64,000 nt of DNA. Origin: Asterias rubens. Taxonomy: Eukaryota. Positions 37,718 through 48,367 of this stretch are shown here, in pieces. The notes beneath the pieces were generated by a model that searched no databases, was not told where the DNA came from, and was given only the letters and a program-made list of their open reading frames with translations. The stretch spans positions 21,080,001 through 21,144,000 of the forward strand of contig NC_047065.1 of NCBI RefSeq assembly GCF_902459465.1. Reading direction: 5' to 3'. Position 1 is the first letter of the stretch. Each line of letters begins with the position of its first letter. The translations under genes were made by a program, and so were the position numbers.

Positions 37718-40700
37718 CTGGAAACAAGTCTGACGATTTCATCAACTTTAAGAAGATGTTTACCCAACTTCAACAACCCATAACCTTATAATCATCATAT
37801 TGGACCACAGAGCTGTGGGAAAAAAAAAAGATTGGACGCTGCCTTATCAACGAACTCCATGGTCTTATTAGCAAAGCTAACCAAGGCGGAAGCAAGGTCA
37901 CATGGAATTAGCTCAAAAGCTCGTCAGAGGGGTGATTAAAAAAAACCTCCTCTCAGGTGTCTGAAACATCATTATAAGATCATCATATTGTCACACATGG
38001 ATTGCACAATGAAGCACAGCTTAAGCTATTAAGGTAGCCTTGAAGATTCACCAATAAATCTCCACAATATGTCTGTTTGTTATGCTGTCTCATTCTTTAT
38101 TTTAATGGAGGTCTGTGAACTATTGGGCATGTTTGGGGGGGGGGGGGCAAGGTACTTTATGTCTAGGCTCTTGGCCAATTGAGAATGAAGTGAGAGGATT
38201 AGACAGTGAGCCTTTATAAGCCATTAAAAAGTAATGTGTATGTAATATATTATGGAGGGTGGCGCCACTGGGAGGTTGCTTGCTCAGGAATGTTTAGGGA
38301 TGTTGTTGGGATTATTCATAATTGTGGTAGTGGTGGTGATGGGTGGTGGTACTGATGTCAACAATCATTAAAGGACTTTTTTTTTATTTGAAATCAATAA
38401 GTTTTGGTGGCCATGGCGGTAGTATTGACTTAAAATATCTGTAAAGCAAATCCAATAACGACTTGGGTTTTGGAATGATACTCTGATTTTTGATACAGAG
38501 TCAATAAGTTGTGATTGAGCAACTAGACAACCATACTTATTCTTGTCATTGTGAAATCAGCGGTTAGCTTGGTAGGGTTCGAACCCACAACCAGGTGATT
38601 GTAAGTCCTGTAGTCCAAGATGGCATTCATCTTGTCTTATAACTTTGAGAATAACTTTGAGGGAGTAGGTACTGCAAACAGGAAGCTTTTGGTTCAATTA
38701 TTATTACTGGTTTATTACAATCTGCTCGTCGCAGCTGGCAGGCTGAATTATAATGCTAACAAGTTAACAATAAAAATATCTAAAACAGGCAAAAAATTCA
38801 ATAGGCACATTATTATTTTAAAAAGCAAAGTAATAGACATTATATGAAAACCAAAAGAAGTAAAACTCAGAAAATATAAAATATTCAAGAGACTCAGCAA
38901 ATTAAGAAAAAATTGTTTGCAGGTATTTTCACGAGATAAGACTCAAGTGTTCAAGTAACAATACAAGTTACTGTTAGTAACTCATCTCCAATTGAGTCTT
39001 ATGCATTTTGGAGGTTTTAGGCACTGGCCTTTAAATTGGTTAATTAACTATCTATTTTACAGTTTCCAAAATGTCAAACAATGATCCATGTTCAAAACTT
39101 TACTTAGCACCCAAACACTTTTCAAGTTGCTGTTCGAAAAGCTTCCTCAACATTACATGGATACAGTTTGATAATGTACTATCAATAGTAATTTAGTGTA
39201 ATTCATCTAAAAAATAACAGACCCCTGCTGTCACCCTCTCTTGCCACGCCCACACAGAAGGGAATTTCAACCTGTCATGTGCTGTGGTTACAGCGCCCTC
39301 TAGAGTAAGACTAGAAACATGCAAGACTTACAGCAAGCTAACCAGAGAACTTTCTCCACTTATAAGAACACCTAATATTCATACAATAGTCATGGAAAAA
39401 GGAATGCCATTTCAAAGAGTTAGAGGAAACAGAGACAAAATTACATGTATGTTTAATTTTGAAATATCATTTTTGTGTAAAACATTTGAGAGAGGATGTG
39501 CCAAGATTTTCTTTTTTTAAAACAATTAAGAAATTTAGAGAAACAATTACTGGTCTTCCTCTTTCCACTATATTTCCACTCTATTTGAACATCTTTAAAA
39601 CATGTCACCATTAAACCACACTTCCCTCCTATTTGCTCAACCTCCGCCCCCTCCAGTCTGTACTTAATGGGACTTATTAAAAACAAACTGAATTCCTGTG
39701 GAAATATTAGTTCCATATTTAAATTCTCTCTACCCCTCCCCCTTTCCGCAAAGTGAAACTTAATAGTTAAACTCCAGAGCTAAAATTACTCAAGTTCCGC
39801 TCCACAAAAAACATCTTTCTTGTGTTTAAACTCCCTTAGGAGTCTATGCTACAGTGTTATCAACCGATACAGGTTTGACATGTCATGATCGGGTTCTAAA
39901 GAAACACACAATATGTAATTGTAGTAATCCCACAAGAAATCTCACAAACGAAGTATCCTTCGCTGGTGTTTTAATTAGACAATTCTTAACGCCACTCCCC
40001 CGTAGTGTTAATCACCATGTTTAGGATAATGGCATCGCTCTCCCAGGAAAACCCTCCACTGTTCCACTTCTTCTTTTCTTTCCCACCAGCTTTTTTTTAT
40101 ATTTTATTTCATATAATGTTTAGGATGGCCTTGCCCAGTGGGCACAAAACAAAAAGGAATCCTGTTAAGGTTTTTTTTTGTCCTTCCCTTTCTTCTTTTA
40201 ACAGTTAGTACATAACACTGATTGGAACACTGGTTATTATACACACATAACAGATGTGGAAGTCATTGTGCATTAATGGGAGCTGCCAGACAAAGGCTGT
40301 TTACAGCTTGTCTGCACAGCTATTTGATTGGCAATCAGTGCCAGTCCCACACAAGAGCCCTTATCCTTTGATCTTTGCCCTACCGAGGTCAACCCAGCCT
40401 CCTAATTAGCCCACATGGTTTCTCTCTTTTTATTGTTTTGTCTGCCTGGTAATTTTCCAAAGGGCCAGGCCCCAATAATGTATACAGTTTTAGGTCCGGG
40501 TGTCCCCCCCCCCCCTTACACAGTGTGGGATGTTAAATTACTATTAGGGACCCACTTGGAATCTGTAACCTTGTTAATTCTGTTTCAGATCATTGAGTCA
40601 CATCTTTCTGGTCCATCTGAATGGACTACTTACCCACCTGACCCATGAAAATGAGAATTAAAGGAAGAGTCCAGACATTTTGTAACAAAAAAAAGGGAAA

Positions 40701-41252
40701 ACAAATCCTGGAATGTAACTCTCTCATGGTCTACATAGATAGATAGATAGATAGATACGTGTACATTTAATGAATGTTGCAATACATGGTGTGTATACAG
40801 AGTGCTAAAATATTGTCAAAATAGTAAATATAAAAGTGATAAAAAGGTGAACCTAACACATCTAGACATCCGTTGTCCTCTTTCTAAACTATTCTGTCGA
40901 TAAAACCATAAAACTTACCAAAAACTAGAAGTTTGAAAAATAGTCAGTACACTCTTTTTGTACAATAAGATCAGTATTAATAATTTGCTACTGTACATAG
41001 GGCACATGTCACTGATATACCTGTACACCCAGTCCATATTGTCATACGTAAAATGAATTGGAGAAATGGAAGCATGTTTATTTACGTCACGATGGGGAAT
41101 CGTTTATAATCGTTTATAATTGTTTTGCTATTTTTTAATTTCGTAGGTTTGTTAATGCTTAATTACTTAGATTAGTTCTTTTTAGCCTTTTTTTTTTCTT
41201 TCTTAAATTGCATCTATGTGAAGCGCCTTGAGCATCTTTTAGGCGGACTTTG

Positions 41253-41450
41253 NNNNNNNNNNNNNNNNNNNNNNNNNNNNNNNNNNNNNNNNNNNNNNNN
41301 NNNNNNNNNNNNNNNNNNNNNNNNNNNNNNNNNNNNNNNNNNNNNNNNNNNNNNNNNNNNNNNNNNNNNNNNNNNNNNNNNNNNNNNNNNNNNNNNNNNN
41401 NNNNNNNNNNNNNNNNNNNNNNNNNNNNNNNNNNNNNNNNNNNNNNNNNN
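41253..41450. other. Assembly gap (198 N)
   Basis: Run of N. Confidence 1.
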
Positions 41451-42594
41451 TTATTGCAATATTACGATACCGGTCTGTTGGAATCAGAAACTTCGTTGTT
41501 AAGGTCTTGAGTTCGAATCCCACCCAATTAATATGCCTGTGTTGGGGGAATTTTGTTTCCACTATTAATATTCTTTATCCCCAATGAGAATTTTATTATA
41601 TACATAGTGTCTATTAATATCTATTAACTAAATAATACCAACCATACTTTAACAAATACATTAAAATGCATAAATAAAACACACAGACAGAAAGAGAGTG
41701 ACACAAACAAGAGACCTATTTAGAAAAGAAGAAAAACCCTATTAATAGATGTTATAGTTGCCGCATTAGAACTATTATTCCATTTACTGCATCCTTTTGA
41801 AACTCCTTGCCTGGTGCATGTTTTCATCCATCCTACACTCTGGACTGTTTCAAGAGGAATACCAATTCCTAGGCAGCTCTCTTGAGTTATTTTCATCTTC
41901 AGCATTTGTCTTTTTGTACCCCCTTACCAAGAGTGGCTTTTGGGTTTTGTTTGGGGCAAAGTTGCATATAATAATAACAAAAGACAGAAGGGGTGAACAT
42001 CCTCCTCCTCGAAGGGGATCGCTTCTAAGAGTGTTTTATAATATCAACAGCTCTTCAATGCTCTTTACCAGAGAAGTTTTTTATGGCCATTAACTTGTGG
42101 AGTAATTACCAAAAGTACACCCTGCCGTTAATGTCGTTTCTATTTGTTCGAGCCGTGATTGAGTTACATAAACCAATAAGTCTCTATTCCCGAATTGAGG
42201 AATGAGCCAACAACATATTCATGTAATCATTATTCATTAAAATAGAATTTAAAAGTTCTTGAAATTAGTTCGGGCTTACTGATTGAAACGATTGTTGCAC
42301 CATCGGCTCCTTTGAGAGCGGGCCACTAAATCTTCTGAGGGTGAATTTTCATAACGTTTCTGTATTAATTTCCCTTCTTTTTTTTGAAAGTCAAATGTTT
42401 CAACTATTTTGGTTTTTCATTGATGAGTACGAAGGAATGAAAATGAGGTTTATAAGATGCACCCAAAATGTTGGAAACAACTTAAAGGTTAGGTCATAGA
42501 TTGGTTAATTCTCCACAAATTAATCACCATAAAGATAATACTTGGTGAGAGGAATTAAAACTGTTGATTGTATAAACTATTTTGAGACACCCAT

Positions 42595-42880
42595 GTTACT
42601 CGGGTGGGATTCGAACCCACGACCCTTGCAATTCTAGAGCAATGTCTTACCAACTAGACTACCGAGGTTGCCCGGCAGCTAGAGGCAGTTCGAACCCACA
42701 ACCCTTGCAATTCTAGAGCAATGTCTTACCAACTAGACTACCGAGGTTGCCCGGCAGCTAGAGGCAGTTCGAACCCACAACCCTTGCAATTCTAGAGCAT
42801 TGTCTTACCAACTAGACTACCTAGGTTGCCCGGTAGCTAGAGGCAGTTCGAATCCTATGTTTTGGCAGTGGGTATTATAT
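42595..42880 (-). repeat. tRNA-SINE head with a near-perfect 79-bp unit triplicated
   Basis: TCGAA recurs at 42611, 42690, 42769 and 42848. Units differ at only a few bases. Confidence 0.9.
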
Positions 42881-43294
42881 ATTAAATATCGTTCTGTATT
42901 AATTCTGAGCTGTAAAAGGCGGTTACTTCTAGTACTTCCATTGAACTGAACTTTTAGGGGGTGGGTTTCATCAGAAATAATCCCATGGGAAAATATGTGG
43001 TTTGGATAATTTTTCACCCGAAACATTTGAATCTGAGAAACAATTCATGCATGTATCGTTTCCTCAGATTTCTGAGGGTTGGTGTCCGTTCCCGAATGCT
43101 TTGACCAGAGATGCGGTTGGTACACACTGTCACATTGCTAAACATAGATAGCTTCATTGCTTTTGTAAAAACACAGTGACAGTTTTTGTTTTCCCTTTAA
43201 CTTTCATAGGTGGCTTTTAATGTATCTTTAACTGTAATTTTGTCTATACATCGTGATTACGTTAACAACAACCAATCTAAAACTGTGCCTTTAA

Positions 43295-43675
43295 AGAAAC
43301 ACGTTGTCTTGGATCGGCCGAGTTGGTCTTTGAAAAGCGTTTATAACCGTTTTTAATAAAATGCATATTGGTAGAAAGATGTTGTAAAAGTAGAATTATA
43401 TGATCCACACAAATACGCCTCGAAATTGCACGGTTTTCCTTTTACCTCGTCGACTACCATGGTCGGGCATTTATGGGAGTCAAATTTTTTACTCCCATAA
43501 ATGGCTGACCGTGTTAGTTCGCTAAGTAAAAAGAAACCACGCAATTTCGAGGCAAATTTGTGTGGATCATTGTATTCTACTTTTAAAACATCTTTCCAAC
43601 CATATGCATTTTATAACAAACGGTTACAAACACTTTTTATAGACCAAATCGTCCGATCCAAGGCAACGTGTTCCT
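43295..43675. mobile_element. Kolobok-like fold-back MITE family G
   Basis: TTAA|AGAAACACGTTGTCTTGGATCGG ... CCGATCCAAGGCAACGTGTTCCT|TTAA. Confidence 0.88.
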
Positions 43676-45218
43676 TTAAGGTTTCATAGGCTGATTCTTT
43701 ATACCTGTTGAATGTTAGAAACAGTGCATTCCGGGCAGTTTGCCCGGAGTATACATTGTCTTGTCTTGGAGGGCCTGCATCTCCCCACATCCCACAGAGC
43801 CCCTCCTTGGCTCCTTCTCGCTAGCGGCTTTCTAAGGTCCTAAGACTCCAAGCTCATCTTCTTTCACAATTCTCAACTCCCTCTATACCCTCTCTTGCCT
43901 CAAGCCTTCATTAAAGAAACACCCCCCCCCCCCTCTTTTTCTTGTGCCAAACACACCTCATCAAGTCTGAAGAAAAGACAGCAATCTCCAGAATGAAGAG
44001 GAAGAAATATTACCTGAGAAGTGATGAGCAAACATGGGACTGTGGCTGGCAAGGTTCCAGTAGCACTTGGTCAAGTTGAGACTGTTGATGAAAGGCTGGT
44101 CAAGTGTCTTAAGTTTACTCTGGACTTCTTGTGTAGATAAAGATGTTGGCACAAGGGAGGTCGGGATGGTGGGGGGCTTTGCTAGGGGAGGCCAGGGGCA
44201 CGTCCAGGGGGAACTTGAAGGGGAAGGGACTTGGCTCCTAGCTCCATGGCTCATCCAAAGACCTGTCCTAAATTCTGTATGTTAGTATTTGTTTATTAGT
44301 TTGATCGAATGTATGTGGTTATTTTAATCCATTTAGACCCAGTTCACTCCGCCCACTTTACTTTATAGATCATAAATTTATATCAACAGTTTTTTGGTTT
44401 CTCAAGTTAAGAATTTGGACCTTCTCAACTGAGAAACAGGTTTTTAACTTCTTAAAATTGTTTAACACTGGTTTGAATTTTGTTTTCTCTTGAAAAGGGG
44501 AAGTATCAAATAAGACAAATTCTTTCCAGACATTTTTGTCACAATTTTGCTTTTATCAGTCTTTTGTAAAAAAGTTGATGCTTTGGCAGGATTTTGTTTT
44601 ACACATATCTTGAAATTGAAGTGTTTCTACATTCTACTATGCCAGGACATGTCAGGTAGTGATACCATATAGAGAACAGTGAGTGTTGACCGCTGTTGGG
44701 GGGGGGGAATTAAAGCCTCTCATGCTAGAAGACTGTAGGGGACCATGTATCTAGCCAACTACGTTATCAAGTCTATCTATACGAGGCCTGCTCTTCATAA
44801 ATATAAAAATTAAAATAATTTAATATTTCATGGAACAAATGAATGATTGGACAGAATTTACTTTTCATCTTGCAGTCCCTTTGCCCACTCCCCCCCCCCC
44901 CCCACACACCCACCCCAACCCCAGTTGCCCTCTCAGCTTTTTGGATTGAGGCGATCATTTCATGCCTGCCTGAGAAATCTTATTCTAGCATTGAGCCACT
45001 CAAGAGAGCCTGAGTAGCCCTTCCAATAGTCACCACATACCCCTCTGCACTTTGCCTGAGCTATAATTAGTGCAAAATACAAGTGTCCCTTCGTCAACAA
45101 ATTATTATTGTGATGATTGGATTTCAGTTGGGACTTTGAAAAATGATTATGGTTGAACATCATAGAAATAACTGATTGAATTAAAGGTTGAAAATAAAGA
45201 AGTCTTCCATCTGAACAG

Positions 45219-45477
45219 GGGCCAATTTCATAGAGCTGCTTAAGCAACAAAAATTGCTTAAGCAGGAAAATTGCTTAAGCAAGAGAATAGCTCGCTTATT
45301 TTACACATGTAACTGGCCAAAATTTCATGCCATATACACTGCTTGTAACTGGTATTTAGCTTTTGTTTACTTAGCATAACAATTGAGTGGAGTCTTGGCC
45401 GGTAGTCTGATTTTACTAAGCAAGAATATTTTGCTTATGCAAATTTTTTTGCTTAAGTAGCTCTATGAAATTGGGCC
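45219..45477. mobile_element. Harbinger-like MITE family D
   Basis: CAG|GGGCCAATTTCATAGAGCTGCTTAAGC ... GCTTAAGTAGCTCTATGAAATTGGGCC|CAG (CWG TSD). Confidence 0.85.
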
Positions 45478-46079
45478 CAGGTCTCAAATTGTTATGATTT
45501 TTTTGGAGTAAATTACATGGCGAGTAGAAGTTTCAATCAGTGTTCTCTGATCATCTTCAGGAGAATGCTGAACTCTTTTGCAGTATGCTGCCTACAGGTT
45601 CTTCTCGAAAACACCACAGCTCATAAAAGAGATTTGAATATACACAATGTCTTAACAAACCTTGCTCAGTTGTAGCTTCACCAATCACCATGCAAAGTTT
45701 CCAATTCTACTTAACAAAAAAAATTATCATAACCACTTATTTTACACACAGTTCGGTACAAATATAGAACAGACCTCAAAATATGGTCAACTATATAAAA
45801 CTTAGAGAAAAGATCAATTTACTCTTTACTTTGCTTTCTGTTCCCATTCTTTAGATTCTAAATTTACCCCATTGTTTCCTTCCAGAGTTATGTTGCTTGC
45901 CAAGGCCTACAAATAGTTTTAAGAAAATAATTTGGGATATTGTTGTTCTATATATAAGTATACCTTTTTTTAACTTGTACCTCAGAATCAGTGTTATGTT
46001 TGGTTTATATAAAAATGAGGATTATTTTCAGTTCTATTATGGAAATGACAACACCTCTTCATTAAGAGACCATGTCTGA

Positions 46080-46860
46080 ACTGAAAGCTGCATCTTTGGC
46101 TATGGCTGTCGCTAAGGGCGCTCTTTGCTTCACTGCTTTTTGGCTGCGGCTTAGGCTGTTGCTAAAGATGTTGCTGAGGGCAAAAAATTAACTTTGTGTA
46201 CTTGTGTGTTGTGTTCGATACATCACTAACTAGATTTTGAAAGTGGATTGAAAACTTCTCATTTTCCAAGCACTTTAATGCTCATAGGCTGTATGTTAGA
46301 CTGTTGCTAAGGATGTTGAGGGCAGTATTTGCTTCAATGCTTGTTGGTTGCGGCTAGGGTTGTTGCTAAGGATGTTTCTGAGAGTAGCCTTTGCTTCAAT
46401 GCTGGTTGGCTGTGGCTACAGCTGTTGCATTGGATGTTAATGGGGGCTGCCCTATGCTTCGATGCTTGTTGGCTGCGTCTATGGATGTTGCGAAGGATAA
46501 TGCTGAGGACTGCCCTATGCTTCATTGCTTGTTGCTTTGGCTGTGGTTTTAGGCTGTTGCTATAGATGTTGCTGAGGTCAGCCTTTGCTTTAACGTGCAT
46601 TGGCTGTGGCTAACGCTGTTGCAGAGAATGTTACTTAGGATGTTGCTGAGGGCAGCCTTTGCTTTAATGTGCATTGGCTGTGGCTAACGCTGTTGCAGAG
46701 AATGTTGCTAGGATGTTGCTGAGGGCAGCCTTTGCTTTAATGCTTGTTGGCTGTGGCTATGGCTGTTGCTAAGGATGTTGCTGAGGGCAGCCTTTGCTTC
46801 AATTCTTGTTGGCTGTGGCTATGGCTGCTGCTATGGGTGTTTTACTGGGGCAGTTTTGCA
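46080..46860 (+). repeat. ~62-bp minisatellite (~11 units, with an AT-rich interruption at ~46190-46290)
   Basis: Unit approximates TGCTTGTTGGCTGTGGCTATGGCTGTTGCTAAGGATGTTGCTGAGGGCAGCCTTTGCTTCAA. Confidence 0.88.
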
Positions 46861-48004
46861 TTGTGTTATTGCTTTGTATTTCAATGGAAAAAGTGGCGTA
46901 TCGTACTATAAAACTCTTTGTGGAAACAAAAAATTGCGTATCTGGTGACGTTTCAGTCATGCTAATTAGTGTAATGCATTAGGTCTTGAAGATTGCTGAA
47001 ATTCTTGAACAAAATGAGTCAATCAATAATTGTATAAAAAAAAAATTTGCTGCGAAATTTTGTGTTTTTCGACCCTTTCGCCATTCATGGTGCGACTGAT
47101 GAGTTAATACACACAAGTGATGTCAAAGCAAATACTGTGAAGATGCAATGTTTCCATGGCAACACAATGGCAATGGTCTCTTGCACACATTGATTGTTCT
47201 ACCCTGCGAAGGGACACTTACACAAAATTATTTTTTTAAAGAAGAAAATTACATCATCACTACACGGCTATAAAAGGAACCAATGTTGAAGTCATCACTG
47301 TCAAAAATTGTCCTCTTTGTCTTTTAGTACATTTTTCATGGTCATCCATCTGCGCTCATTAACTGTGCTGTCATAAACACCATTCATCTCTAATTACAGT
47401 AGGGGTAAAATCAACATCTAATAATTACTCCCATAAGCAGCTCTTTCTGTTAAGCGCTGGCGCTAAAAGAAACGTCCTAGCATGAAGAAAGAAAGCATGG
47501 AAATTCACTCATTTGAAAGGCTTAATCATAACGAAGAGTTTGATATTATGAAATTGGAATTTGATAGGAAAGGGTCCTATATTTCTGAAAATAGAAGCTG
47601 CCATTTTGAAAGCATAATCTCAAGCATAGTTAATAGTTTCAAAAAGGAGAAACGATTAAGAAGAAAAAAATGAAATATAAATAATAATAAAAAATAAAAA
47701 AGGCCTGAATATTTTTCATTAAAAATGTACTGATAACTTGTACTTTAATTTTAACTAACTCTAGATAGTCAGTCATCTAAGTGGTCTAAAAACTAGACCA
47801 TCTTCTCTAGAACGGCAAAGGTTGTGGGTTCGAATCCCATCAGAGTAGTAAGCCTGGGATTTTTCACAGGACTCAGGAATTGGAGTATAGAGTGTATGGA
47901 TAAAACCAAATTATATTCTTTATTTCTGATGCAAATTTATTAACTTTTACCTGACAAACAAAAGTCATTGAAGCACTGTAATAGTCATCAAATGCATCAT
48001 TTAA

Positions 48005-48367
48005 AGACAGTGGACACTATTGGTAATTGTCAAAGACTAGTCTTCAAAGTTCGTGTATCTCAACATATGCATAAAATAACAAACCTGTGAAAATTTGAGC
48101 TCAATCGGTCGTCGAAGTTGCGAGATATTAATGAAAGAAAAAGCACCCTTGTGCATTCAGATGCTTGATTTCGAGACCTCAAATTCTAAATCTGAGGTCT
48201 CAAAATCAAATTCGTGGAAAATTACTTCTTTCTCGAAAACTATGTCACTTCAGAGGGAGCTGTTACTTACAATGTTTTATACCATCAACCTCTCCCCATT
48301 TCTTGTAATCAAGAAAGGTTTTATGATAATAATTATTTTGAGTAATTACCACTAGTGTCCACTGACT
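48005..48367 (-). mobile_element. Kolobok-like MITE family C, reverse orientation
   Basis: TTAA|AGACAGTGGACACTATTGGTAATTGTC ... AATTACCACTAGTGTCCACTGACT. Confidence 0.85.

Noticed and set aside
41218-41562. ORFs spanning the N run
   Set aside because: They are artefacts of X translation across the gap.
41740-42060. Possible second RTE LINE 3' remnant on the minus strand
   Set aside because: There is only faint similarity to the RTE C-terminus and no intact WAGH motif. Too weak to call without a search.
42595-42880. Regularly spaced repeats (also 14.6, 36.3, 46.1 and 53.3 kb) as possible CRISPR arrays
   Set aside because: Whole units repeat with no unique spacers, there are no cas genes, and the context is eukaryotic.
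46329-46982. Several Leu/Ala/Cys-rich ORFs here and at 63488-63776
   Set aside because: They are products of the GGCT-rich minisatellite and low-complexity tracts.
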